From: the human T2T-CHM13v2.0 reference genome, Homo sapiens
Assembly (NCBI RefSeq): GCF_009914755.1
Contig: NC_060927.1
Reading direction: 5' to 3' (one strand)
DNA length: 64,000 nt
Shown: piece by piece, positions 42,300 to 55,320 of the stretch
Layout: every line of letters begins with the position of its first letter
Numbering within the stretch: the first letter of the stretch is position 1
The notes under the pieces: generated by a model
What the model was told of the DNA's origin: nothing
The model's input: only the letters and a program-made list of their open reading frames with translations
Databases searched by the model: none
Translations under genes and position numbers: made by a program

Positions 42300-45200
42300 A
42301 TTTTTTATTATGGAAAATTTCAGATGTACAGAAAGTAAACAGAGTTTATAATATAATGAACCATGCAGTACCCATCACCAACCTGCAAAAGCTATCAATA
42401 TTCTGCCATTTTTATTTCATTTATGTCTATGCTCATTCTTCACCTTGACTACTATTATATTTTTTACAGTACATTTTTAGGTAAAATTCATATATATTGA
42501 AATGCACAAATTATATATGTACACTTTTGACAAATGTATAGTCGTGTAATCCCCATATCCTTATGATATTGAATATTTCCCTATTCCCAGAAAGTTCTCT
42601 CATCTTCAGTCCCATTCTGCCTGCCCAGGTTATTTTTGCCTTTTCTGGAATTTTATATGAATAGAATCATATAGTCTGCACTCTTTTTGTTTCTTCTTTT
42701 GCTCAGTATAACCTGTGTAAGGGTTGTCCATGTTACAGCAATGTATCAATAATTTTTTTCATTGTATTACTAATATTCCTTTATATGAATACACCACAAT
42801 TTGTTTAGCCCTTCTCTTATTGATGGACGTTAGCTGTTGTGATTAAAGCTGTTGTGACATTAATGTATAAATCTTTTTGTGGACATATATTGTCATTGCT
42901 CTTGGATAAATACCTAGGAGTAAAATTTCTCTTTCAAAAAACCACCTTTCAAAGTTGTACGTTCCCACTAGCAAAGTATGAAAGTTGTGGTTGCTCCATA
43001 TCCTTTCAGTTGTTTGGTTTTCTCAGTCTTTTGATTTCTGCCATTTTAGTGGATAACAGCACCTCATTGCGGCTTCTAAAAAAAAATTTTTATATCGTGG
43101 TAAAATTGCCACTACCATAATCATAATATTTGCCATTTTAAACATTTAAAGTGTAAGATTCAGTATCATTAATTACATTCACAGTGTTGTGTAACAGTCA
43201 TTACTATCTATTCCTAAAACCTTTTTATCACTTCAGACAGAAAGGTTGTATCATTAAGTACAGAGCTTCCTGCTTTCCCCTTCCCCTAGCCAAACTACAG
43301 CTTCTAACGCAGTTCCCACACAAACTACAACTTCTAATGTAGCTTCTATCTCTATGAATTTGCCTGTTCTAGATATTTCATATGATTATAATCATACATT
43401 AGTTGTTCTTTTATGTCTGGCTTATTTTACCTGGCATGGTGTTTTCAGAGTTTATCCATAGTGTGGCATGTATCGGAACTTTATTCCTTTTTATGGCTGA
43501 ATAATACTCCATCCCGTTGTATGTATATACCATATTTTATTTATTCATTTATGTGTTAATGTACTTAGAATGTTCAGCTGTTGTGACTTATGCTGCAGGC
43601 TGGGATGCAAGTGTCTGTTTGAGTCTGTTTTCAGTTATTTTGGCTGTATACCCGGGAGCAAAATTGCTGGATCATAAGGTCATTCTGTGTTTAACTTTTT
43701 AAGGAACCATCAAATTGTTTTATCAGTGGATTTTATTCAGCATTTCCCTGATGACTAATGATGTTGAATCAGGTGCTTATGTTACTGATCTTCCTTTGTG
43801 AAGTGCTTCTTCAAGTCTTGTGCACATTTTAAAAATCAAGCTTTCTTTTTATTGTTGAGGTTTGAAAGTTCTTTTTATATTTTAAACGCAAGTCCTTTGT
43901 TAAATACACATTTTGCAAATATTCCACTCTGTGGCTTGCCTTTTTATTAGGTTTATACCTAGAAATGGAATTGCTGGATTTTATGGTAATTCTACCACTT
44001 AATTTTTTTGAAGAAGAGCCATACTGTTTTCAAGTGACTGCAGCCTTGCATATCCCTTGTTCACCAACAGTGAACAAGGGTTTCATTTTTTTCATATCCT
44101 TGCCAGCACTTGTTATTTTCTGTTTTTGTTGCTAGTAGCCCTCCTAAAGGGTGGGAGTTTGTATCTCATCATGGTTTTTATTTGCATTTCCCTAATGATA
44201 GTGATGATAAACATCTTTTTATATGCTTGTTGTCTATTTGTGCATCTTCTCTAGAATGATGTCTATTTAAATTCTTTGCTTTTTTAAAATCTGGTTGTTT
44301 TGTTGAATGCTTTATATATTCTGGATATTAACCCCTTATCAGATACATGATTTGCAAATATTTTCTCTTATTCCATAGGTTGTCTTTTTATGCTGTTAAT
44401 TGCATTCATTGATGCACATATGTTTTTAATTTTGATGTAGTCCCATTTATTTCTTTTTGCTTTTGTTGCCTTGCTTTTTGTGTCATATCCAAGAAATCAT
44501 TGCCAAATCTAATGTTATGAAGATTTTCCCTGTGTTTTCTTCTAGGGGTTTTGTGGTTTTAGGTCTTATGTTTAGTTCTTTCATCCACTTTAATTTTTAT
44601 ATAGGGTTATGAGGTAAGGGTCCAGGCTCATTCTTTTCCATCTGGACATCCATTTTTCCCAATATCGTTTGTTGAAAAGATTGTCCTTTCGCTGTTGAAT
44701 GGTCTGGCACCCTTTTCGAAGATTGTTTAACCATATATGTGAAGTCTTATTTCTGGGCTGTTTTATTTCACTGGTCTATATGTCTGTCTTGATGCCACTA
44801 CAACACAGTTTTGTTCATTGTAGCTACTTTTGAAATCAGAAAGTATGAGACCTCCAGCTTTCATTGGGGTACCTTGAGGTCCATATGAATTTTGGTGGTG
44901 GATTTTGGATTTTTCTATTTGTGCAGAATATTCCACTGGGATTTTTCTTAACAGTACCTTTCGATGAGCAGAAGTTTTAAAATTTGATGTAAATTAATTT
45001 TTCTAAAGTTTTTTTTCTTTTGTGGTTATTGCGTCTTGTGGTCCCAGAAATTTCCTCCTATCCACGGACCACCCGTTCTCACACGTTTTCTTTTAAAAGC
45101 TTTATGGATTGAGCTTTTATCTTTAGGTCTGTGATCCAGCTCTCATTAATTTTTGTGTAGGGTTTTGAGGTTGGGGTCAAGGCTTATTTTTATGCTGTGG

Positions 45201-45870
45201 ATATTCAGTTGTTTCAGTGCCATTTATTGAAAATATTGTTTATGAACACTCTCCTCTGTTTCATTGTTTATCCTTACGCCTTGTTACTCTGATCACTGTT
45301 TTGATTATAGTAGTTTTAGAGTAAATCTTGAAATCAAATATTGTCAATACTCCACCTTTATTACATCTTTCAAGATTGTTTTGGTTATTCCACGTCCTTG
45401 TCATTTTTATGTAACTTTTTGACTCAGGTTTTGATAATATTGTAAATATAATTTTTTGTAAAAAAAAAGTCGTTTTTCATTTATTTGCTGCTACTATTTA
45501 GAAATTCTGTTGGAGAGAGAGAGAATGTGTGTGTGTGTGTTGATTCCTTAAGATTCTCAGCAAAAACAATCATGTCATTTGTAAATGGGGACAGTTTTAC
45601 TTCTTTTCAGTCTTTGCTTTTTATTTCTTTTATATTTTTATTTGTTTTTCTTGCCTGATTGCATTGACTAGGACCTTCAACACAATGTTGAATAGAAGTG
45701 GTGAAAATAAACATCCTTACCTTATTCATGATCTTAAGGGGAAAGCATTCAGTCTGTCACCATTAAGAATGATATTAGCCATACATTGTTGGAGGTATAT
45801 TTTATCAGATTGAGGAAGTTCCTTCCCATTCTTATTTTGATGAGCATTTTTATCATAAGTCAGTGTCAAA
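42300..45870 (-). mobile_element. Cluster of nested old L1M fragments
   Basis: Repeated antisense L1M 3' ends (42300, 42470, 43090) and diverged ORF2 pieces (aatagaagtggtga...ggggaaagcattcagtctgtcacc). Confidence 0.75.
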
Positions 45871-48766
45871 TATTTAAATACTTCTTAAAAACAGTGAAAC
45901 TTGTTTCCAGGGCTTTAGAAGTATAGTGAATTACAGACTAATTTGACATTGCCATTATCTTCATTACAAAATAGTGTTATTTAATTGGCACTCTAACATG
46001 TAAAGTGATACATTAGGAGCCACTTCCATCTACACAAAATTACTGTGATGATTCTGTAGAATGTGGAAAAAGAAAATCTAATCATTACCTTCAGTGATAG
46101 CATTTATGACTAATGTACTGAGTTGTGTTTGGAGATACTCCTAATGCCCCTGGCCTTGAAATCTGAAAGATTTACTTAACAGTCAAACTGTTCACACTCA
46201 TCTGCTTTTCTCTGTTAGATTCTTTTACTCATGTGTTTATTTTATGTTTTCTTTGGAAAGATGCTTTAGGAATGTTAATATGTTTTTATTAACCTAAGGA
46301 GTAATTCACTTTCAATTTTCCTCCTTTTAGGTTAATTTCTTTTATTGGGTATATGCTCTTTTCTTTATGTACGGTGTAAATAAATGAACTGTAGTTGTTA
46401 AATTAAAAAAATCAGAATGTATTTACTATTGGAATTCTTTCCTGCTATGTTTAATACTAGCAGACTAGCTTTGAATGGTTCTTACTTTTGTTGTTGTTTT
46501 TTTAAGAATAATTATCACTATGGGACAAGGAATTTTTAGGTCTTCAACTTCATTTGTCCTTGGTTACCCCTGGGGTTGAATTGGAAAAGGTTCAGAGTAT
46601 TTAAAAGAATGGTTTTGTTGTCGGTGGGACAGTAGAATGGAAAACTCTAAACCACTAGAATTTGGAAATCATCATGCAAGAAAAAGGAGACCCTTCTGTG
46701 AATCACCTGTAGATCTCTTGAAAATTGCAATGGGCCAGTCCTTGGATCCACTCTGCTATACATGGCAGGCCTACCAATTCCATGCTGTTCTTCAACTAGA
46801 GGTCTTGCACACGGTTTCTGTGTTTTTTAAACGTATTGCTAGAGAGTTCTGGGTTATTTCTGCCAATGACGAAAGCTTTTACAGCTTTTTAGATGGCCTT
46901 TCTTGGTCCTTAGGCTTCCTAGATCACCCGTGGTGGCATTATGTTCATTGCAGCTTACAGTCAAGTCTTACTTATTTTTAAAAAATATATTGGTATTGTA
47001 ATGTAATTTTTTAATTGAAAATAGAATGTTAGGGCTAAATGATACCTTAGAAATAATATCTTCATATCTCTTCAGTTGTATTCTAAATCACTTTGCTGTT
47101 TATTGAAGGACCATTAGGTTACATTTATTTTAAGATTACAGGGATAGAAGCATTGATTGGCTTCAAAGATAATTCTAGTCCTACACTTTGTGATAGGTGA
47201 AGTGTGCTCATAATGTAATTTTGTTCTTTATTTCATTAGTGATGCCTAACATGCCCTTCCTGTTTACCACACCCAGATTTCATTTTATCCCTATTTCACC
47301 TCGAATCCTCACATGCACTCTTGTATAGAATTATTGCTCTGTTTATTACTAAGTGGAATCCATGTTGAATTTTGGCAGGCTTTTTCCCCCTCCATCTGTG
47401 TCTTTGATGGTAGCTGGGTTTACTGCCGCTCACTTATTAGTGCCCTGGGTCTTAACAACCTTATTCAAACAAAACATCTTAAATGGAGGCATTAAACAGG
47501 TCACAACAGTGAGCCATTTTGTAACTTTAGGTGCAATAAAATGGGTATGTTGTGTTTTGGAATATAAGAGCTCTGAGTGCAGCTATTCATTTTCTTCATC
47601 TATAAAACATTTTAGAATAACAGCCTACATCTGTTTGGGGGTATAAAATTCCACGTTTTGAAGAAACAATCACTGTTATGTAACTTCAAGCCAGACGCGG
47701 GGAGGGAGCTAGCTTTCTGACGGGCCCACGTTCTGTAGACGTTGGGAAAAGTGTTTGTTTTAGCTATGGAGCTGTATTTGCTGGCAGCCCATCTTTCACA
47801 TGTGTGGAACACATTTTCATTATTGTTTGTTCATATTGTAAATGACAACATGTGTGTGATACAATTTTGACTTGAAGAATATTTGAAAAATTTTCACACA
47901 GGAATTTATGAGGGCTATTTCACTACTAGAAGTCAGAAGCAAATTTAATTATTTAGGCATTTATAGCATATTTAATTACTTTAGACTGTCAGTCTTGTTT
48001 TAGAGAGTAAAGCTGGGGTTTACTGTCGCTCCCTTTTTAAACTAAATACCCAGTGGAATAGTATGGCCATTCCAAATGTGTGATTTTAAAATTATTTCTT
48101 TAAACTGAAGGAGCAGCTCAATGAATAACTTTCATTAGAGGAAATGGGCAAAATGTTTAATGATAGAATTCAAAATCTAAAGTATTAAGTACCAAGTAAG
48201 AGCAGATAACATTCAGTGCAATTTGTAGGTGATTTTAATTGAGAAATGAATGATGCCAATGGGATTGTTAGAGTAAATTTTAAATCTTTTTTCATCTTAT
48301 GAAATATTTACCTTCTTACTAATCCATAATCATACTGTCAGTCTTTTGGGGCATATTTTATTACATATTATAAAGTTTAAAACATTTAGAAAAGCTTTTA
48401 GAAACCTATTACACAGTCAAGTTATTGTTTTGATAATTAATTGGAAATATAATGCTTGAGTTTCAGAATGGATAATGTCAGATGCTTTTATGTTTTTGTG
48501 ACAATAAAAAACTCTATTTAACTACTGTTATGGAACTTCGACATTCGGGGGGGCTGGCTGCCTGTTTATGATGATAACAAACTTCTCTGAGATTCTAGCT
48601 TGTCAAATTAGTCCAGGCTATTGACATTGATCTTTTCTTCTCATTGACATTTCCTTCCTGAATGGTAGACAGATTTTCTTTCTGTGGTCACTGTCTGTCA
48701 AACTTGGGGCCATCATTTGCTGTAGCTGAGTAAGACAGATGATGCTAATCTTTAAATTTCTGATTA

Positions 48767-49066
<300 letters not shown>

Positions 49067-49424
49067 TCACGTGAAGGTAAATACCCATTAATTCCTCTGA
49101 AACTGGGACATTTACACCCACCCACATGTAGTGATAATGATAATGTTCAAAGTCCACATTTACTTTTCCCTTGCAGCTGGGCTGCCTGTGCAGTGCCAGT
49201 ACTGGGCCCGTGGCGTGTGCGTGTTCGTGGGCATCGCCACCACCAGCACTGGTCCCCTGGGCTGTGACTGGACATTACTTCAGCTGCTGGGTGGGGTCCA
49301 CTGGTGTTAAGACATTTTTATCTTAGGAAATATGACATGGGTGTCTTAAGTTTGAATTTCAGAAAATTAATAACAGATTGTACTGTGGGTGAATTTATAT
49401 GCAGATAATTTAGATGTCTCCTGG

Positions 49425-49670
49425 GGATAGTAGTAGTTAGACAAGACTCTAGAGTCAGATTGTCTGGGCTTCTTACCTCCTAACTGCCTTTAGGCGTTAC
49501 ACAGCGTCTTTGAACCTCAGTCTCATCAACTATAAAATGAAGGAAGTAATACTCCCTAACTGTCTCAGCATGTGTTGTGAGGATTCAGTGAAATAAAGCT
49601 TACAAAGTGCATATTTGCAGAGTACCTGGCACATGAGAAGTGTTGATAGTTCTAGCCCTTACTGTTAGAC
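49425..49670 (+). mobile_element. MIR
   Basis: actctagagtcagattgtctggg...cctcagtctcatcaactataaaatg...cagagtacctggcacat. Confidence 0.7.
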
Positions 49671-49924
49671 AGCTCATCGTAAATACCTAACTCTAAGTGT
49701 GGTGATTCTCTTGACCACTCATACTTCATTACTACGCATGACTCTCCTCCCTAGCTGTGCCTGGGACGTGATCAGTGCTCAGACCCACGTCCCCCTGTGT
49801 TTTGTTAGACCCTCTCCACTCCCCTAGCATTGACTGATTTGGTGATTCTTCCTTGAAGGGTGCGAGCTTCCCACTGGCTGCTCTGTTCCTGGAGACCTGT
49901 TTCTCAAGTTTGACTCTTGCAAGT

Positions 49925-50285
49925 AGCTCTGTCTGCTTCCTCTTTCTTCCTTGCCTCTTTTTTCCCTCCACCTGCCCTTGCCCTCTCTCCAGTCTCCTCC
50001 CTCCTCTTTTCTCCCTCTCCTTTCCTTCTCTGCCCCGTCTTCTGTCTTCTGTCCTCCTCCTCTCTGCCCCCCTACCCTCTACCTCCCTGCTTTCTTTCCC
50101 CTCCTTCCTGCTTCCTTTTTTACCCATCTCTTTTCCTCTCTCCACTTTCTTTCCTTTTCTTCCACTCCTTTCTCTCTCCCCTTCTCTTCCTGCTCCCTCT
50201 CTCTGCTCTGTTGTCTCCCCATTCCCCTAACACTTCTCTCCCACCACCCCTTACCTTCCTTCTCTCTCCTCTGTGTTTCTCCTTT
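49925..50285. repeat. CT-rich low-complexity polypyrimidine tract
   Basis: About 350 nt, almost all C/T on the + strand. Confidence 0.9.
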
Positions 50286-50484
50286 AAATCCTAACACTGC
50301 CTGCTAAGGAGTAGACAGCCTTGGCTCTTAAGCACAGAAATGTCACGTCCTAAAGTGTTTTTATTATGCTGGGAAATATTTATTTTGTCATTTCAGTAGC
50401 CAGACTATTGTGCTTCTGTTTCCATTTCAAAGGGGATTCACAACATCATTTTATGTCCCTTGGGCTCAAAAACTCAGAAGATCA

Positions 50485-50760
50485 CCAGGCTCAGTGGCTC
50501 ACGCCTGTAATCCCAGCACTTTTGGAGGCCAAGTCAGGTGGATTGCTTGAGCCCTCAAGTTTGAGACCAACCTGGGCAACATGGTGAAACCCCATCTCTA
50601 AAGAAAATATACAAAAATTAGCTGGGTGTGGTGGCGTGTGCCTGTAGTCCCAGCTACTCTGATGGCTGAGGTGGGAAAATCTCGTGAGCCTGGGAGGTCG
50701 AGGGTGGTGATCTGTCAGCCTGAGTGACAGAGCGAGACTTCCTCCCAACAAAAAATGAAA
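50485..50760 (+). mobile_element. Alu (J-like), right arm partly deleted
   Basis: Diverged dimer ending ~175 nt upstream of the exon. Confidence 0.88.
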
Positions 50761-50935
50761 ATCTACAGGCCACAGTTTAACTCTTTTTCTAAACATTATG
50801 TCTACTATAACTGTGAATTTGTTTGATATTAGCTTTGTTATAAAGTTGAAATAATATTTACAGGCTCGTATAGTCATACAGGCAAACTTGGCTCTTTTTT
50901 GCCTAATTTATTTAATTTTTTTTTTCTCTCTTCAG

Positions 50936-50980
50936 ATTCCTTTTTCTTTGGTCCAGTTTCCCTTATGGGAGTCCTTAAAA
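50936..50980 (+). CDS. SLC25A26: Internal coding exon (45 nt, phase 0/0) of the mitochondrial SAM carrier
   Basis: Long polypyrimidine tract and ttcag acceptor ending at 50935; donor AAA|gtaagt at 50981. Translates to [15 protein letters not shown], which I recognise from the SLC25A26 sequence ...[20 protein letters not shown].... Too short for the ORF track. Confidence 0.93.
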
Positions 50981-51279
50981 GTAAGTTTCTCAGTCTTCAC
51001 ATAAAATTTGTCTCTAATTATAACATACCTAATAGTTTGAGTGTGGAAGAGTAGAACATAATGTTGACTAGAAGTTCAGCAACTCAAACCTATTAGCAGT
51101 TGAAAATATATTTTATGTGTGATTTACATGCCATTTCAGCCTTTTAAACTTGTTCAGGTGGCTGTGCTCCTAGGAAATAGGCATAGCAGGTGGCACTGAA
51201 ATCCACAGATAATAAGAAAAAACTTAGGTTTACTTTTTTCCATATTGCCATTCTTTCTCCACCGTTAAATTTCATTTTG

Positions 51280-51280
<1 letters not shown>

Positions 51281-51331
<51 letters not shown>
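51281..51331. repeat. (TG)n microsatellite
   Basis: Read directly, one GC interruption. Confidence 0.97.
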
Positions 51332-51333
<2 letters not shown>

Positions 51334-51609
51334 AGAAGTTAAAGACTAACAGTGAGGGTAAATGGAAGAGGAAAAATGCAAAGCCTTGAATACTTGAAGA
51401 CTGAGAAGGACCAGCTCCCCTAGCACCCTGTGTAAGGACCACTTGGATGGGGAGCAGCAGGGTCTTAGGGCTCTGACTGTCCCTTCCGTCTTGGTTGCTC
51501 ACTCCAGCCAGGACTAGGAGCCTCCAGAGGGAAGGAGCAGAGTGTGGTGAGTTGTCAGACAACCTTGGGGAAGGTCAGTGAGCTATTTAAAAAAAAAACA
51601 ACATGTTTT

Positions 51610-52720
51610 AACCATTAAGGACATGGACATGGGCAAATATTTCATGACGAAAACATCAAAAGCAATTGCAACAAAAGCCAAAATTGACAAATGGGATCTA
51701 ATTAAACTAAAGAGCTTCTGCACAGCAAAAGAAACTATCATCAGAGCGTTCAGACTACCTACAGAACGGGAGGAAATTTTTGCAACCTATTCATCTGACA
51801 AAGGTCTAATATCCAGAGTCCACAAGGAACTGAAATGAATTTACAAGAAAAAAACAAAGAATCCCATTAAAAAGTGAGCGAAGGACATGAACAGACACTT
51901 CTCAAGAGAAGACTTTCATGCAGGCAACAAACATATGAGAAAAAGCTCAACATCACTGATTATTAGAGAAATGCAAATCAAAACCACAATGAGATACCGT
52001 CTCACACCAGTCACAATGGCGATTATTAAAAAGTCAAGAAACAACAGATGCTGGTGAGGCTTTGGAGAAAAAGGAACGCTTTTACACTGTTGGTGGGAAT
52101 GTAAATTAGTTCAACCATTGTGGAAGACAGTGTGGCGATTTCTCAAAGACGTAGAACCAGAAATACCATTTGACCCAGCAATCCCATTACTGGGTATATA
52201 CCCAAAGGAATATAAATCATTCTGTTATAAAGATACATACATACATATATTCATTGCAGCACTATTTATAATAGCAAAGACATGGAATCAACCCAAATGC
52301 CCATCAATGATAGACTGCATAAAGAAAATGTGGTACATACACACCACGGAATACTATGCAGCCATAAAAAGGAAATGAGATTATGTTCTTTGTAGGGACA
52401 TGGATGGAGCTGGAAGCCATTATCCTCAGCAAACTAATGCAGGAACAGAAAAGCAAACACTGCATGTTCTCACTTATAAGTGGGAGCTGAGCAAGGAGAA
52501 TACATGGACACAGAAGAACAACACACAATGACTGGGGCCTGTTGTGGGGTGCAGGGGGAAGGAGAGCATCAGGAAAAATAGCTAACACATGCTGGGCTTA
52601 ATACTTAGCTGATGGGTTGATACATGCAACAAACCACCATGGGTCACATTTACCTGTGTAACAAACTTGCACATCCTGCACACATACCCTGGAACTTCAA
52701 CAACAACAACAACAACAGCA
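51610..52720 (+). mobile_element. 5'-truncated L1PA 3' fragment (sense to host)
   Basis: ORF2 C-terminus ([20 protein letters not shown]; EIPFDPAIPLLGIYP), then 3'UTR and a (CAA)n-type tail. Confidence 0.9.
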
Positions 52721-53794
52721 AAAGACATTTTAAAAAGCCTACATTCAAAACATGCAGAGATGTTACATTGGTTTTTCACTTTCTGGTGCAGTGATACTGA
52801 AAACTGTGGGCCATGATATAAATTGTGTGGGTCTTTGTCAGCATTTTAAAGACCATAATCAAGAAGAATATAGTAGAGGGCATCTTACGTGGTAAGAGTA
52901 AGTCTTATTTTGTAAGACCTCAATGAATGTTATGCATGCGTGCACACACATATGTATCTAGGTTGCAATGTAAAATGTATTTCTCGCTGTGGATAATGGT
53001 CCAAAAACTTTGAAAGCCCTTGTTCTAGTGAAAATGGTTCATAAATGACCAGGCTATAAAATAATCTAGGTAGGCATTAGCTAATACAAAAATAAAGGAG
53101 TTACTCTCATAATTTTATAGATTGACTAGTCATGGAGTGCTCATACAAAATGCATTTTGAAGAGTATCATAAAAATTATTTGTACTTGGAAATAAATTGT
53201 TGAGGTATATACTAAAGGATACTAAATTGAGAAAAAACATTACTCATTAACAAAGTAAATTATGAGATGTTAAGTATCAAGAAGTATTTCTTATAAGTGA
53301 TCTGATTTTAAGGCGTAGTATTGCTCATTTAATATAGTTTTTTGGCTCTTTTGTTGTCTTGTTTGTTTGTTTTACTGTTTCCTATGTGGTGCGTGGTGAA
53401 AATAGAGTTCTCTGGCAGTGTTTCAGGGCATGATGTAACAGCTATCCAATGAGAAGGTCACGTTCCATTAGTATAACAGCTCTCCTTTTTAGTGTGTGAC
53501 AAAAGAACAATGAAGCCAACAGCTGTCCAGCAAACAAGACTTACTTTATTAGTGTCTCAATAACCAGCATTCACACAGTTTCTGCACACTCTAACATCCT
53601 TATGCCCTAATTCTGCAAAGGAATGTTTTGAGGCCTAAAGAAGGAAAAAGCATAGTGTTTATTTCTTTTCAATATTAAGGACATTTGTAGAATTCTAGCT
53701 AGTTAAGAAATGTCCAGAATTTTTCAGAGTAATCATAGATGACAATGCTAAGATTTAAAAATTCTCTTTGAGCAAATGTTAAGATGCTGCCATT

Positions 53795-54552
53795 TTTTTT
53801 TCTGTCAAGTCGTTTCTTGAGGAACGCTTTACATATGATAAAACTCACCCTTTATACCTGTACATTTTTGTGAGTTTCAATAAATGTTTATAACCACCAC
53901 CAAATTTCCATCAACCCAGAAAGTTCCCTCATGCCGTCAGTGCCCTTTCTGTACCCACAGCCCCTGTGAGCCACTGTTCTGTAGTCTTCTCTTTTCCAGA
54001 ACATCATAGAAATAGATACAGGGTACTATTATACCATCTTGTGCTTTGCTTTTTTTTTTACTTAATGTAATATTTTTGAGATGCTTTCCTGTTGTTGCTT
54101 GTACCAGTAGTTTGTTTTATTACTTTGTAGTATTCCATATGTGTATGGATATGCTACAATTTATTCACTAGTTTATATACATTGAGTTGTTTTCCAGTTT
54201 TTGATGATTATAAATAAAGCTGTCGTAAGTATTTGCATATAGTATTGGTATGGATGTAGGTTTTTACTTCTCTAGGGTCAGAGGCCAGGAGTAGCATCCC
54301 TGGGTCATACAGAAGGTGTATGTTTAATTTTATAAGAAACAAACTGTCAAGGTGTTTTCCAAAGTGGCTGTACCAGTTTGCATTCCCACCAACAGTGTAT
54401 GAGAGTTCTAGTTGCTCTACATCCATGTCATTTCTTGTTACTATTAGGTTAAATTTTTTTTCCAGCCATTCTAGTACTTGTGAATTGGTGTCTCATTGGG
54501 GTTTTAATTTCTAGTTCCCTCATGACTAAATAATGTTGAGCATCTTTTCATA
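53795..54552 (-). mobile_element. Old L1M (L1ME/MD-like) 3' fragment
   Basis: ttttccaaagtggctgtaccagtttgcattcccaccaacagtgtatgagagttc. Confidence 0.72.
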
Positions 54553-55262
54553 TAATACTGTTTTTTAAACATCTGAACGTACAATCACAGTGCTTTTGTA
54601 GAAGTAGACAGTTTTTGGAACTTTTTTATTTTTGTGTTTACAATTTTATCTATTTAAACTTGAGTTTGCAGCTATAGAAGGAGATTGTATTATATGAAAG
54701 GATTTCTCCACTGTGTTTATTTGTGTTTATGTGGGAATACCATTCAGGAAAATTTTTCTTAGCCAAGACTAGCAGATTGCATCACATGGCACTGCAGGGA
54801 GTAAGGGGCTGGAGGTGGTGGTGGCCACTGTTACCTTAAATTCAACTCTGTCTAAAAGTCATCATCTTTCTTGTAAAATCATGTCTTCCTGCTGTCTCCC
54901 ATTTCTGTTAATCAGTATTCTCCTGGCCACCTGGTCTCAAGTCTCAGATTAAAATTTGATTCCCTTCTTGCTCTTTCTCTATATCACATTACTCAACAAA
55001 TTTTGTTGACTTCACTGTTGGGAATTTGTGGCCACATTTCACCTGATTCTTAGTACCTTATGTTTTCCCACATCCTAATAGGCTCTCTTCTTATCCATTC
55101 TACATTTTGGATGTGTCTGATCTTCCTTAAACTTTTCTTTCAGTAACACTTAGGTTCTCAGGAACATATAACTTTCTAAAACTCTAAAACATTAAGTTCT
55201 TGGCATTCAAGTTTCTCAACACCCTGTCCTTGACTGGTTTTTTCAGCTTCTGCCCTATACTC

Positions 55263-55320
55263 TGTGTGTGTGTGTGTGTGTGTGAGCGCGCGCGTGCGCG
55301 CACACCCACACGCACACACA
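55263..55320. repeat. (TG)n-(GC)n-(CA)n alternating purine-pyrimidine tract
   Basis: Read directly. Confidence 0.92.

Noticed and set aside
46637-46981. 114-aa ATG ORF in unique sequence (similarly 6598-6972 and 63430-63888)
   Set aside because: No recognisable domain or supporting gene structure; lengths are compatible with chance, and some start in MIR or simple-repeat sequence.
49732-50307. Overlapping 118-137 aa ORFs on both strands
   Set aside because: Caused by the stop-poor CT-rich low-complexity tract.
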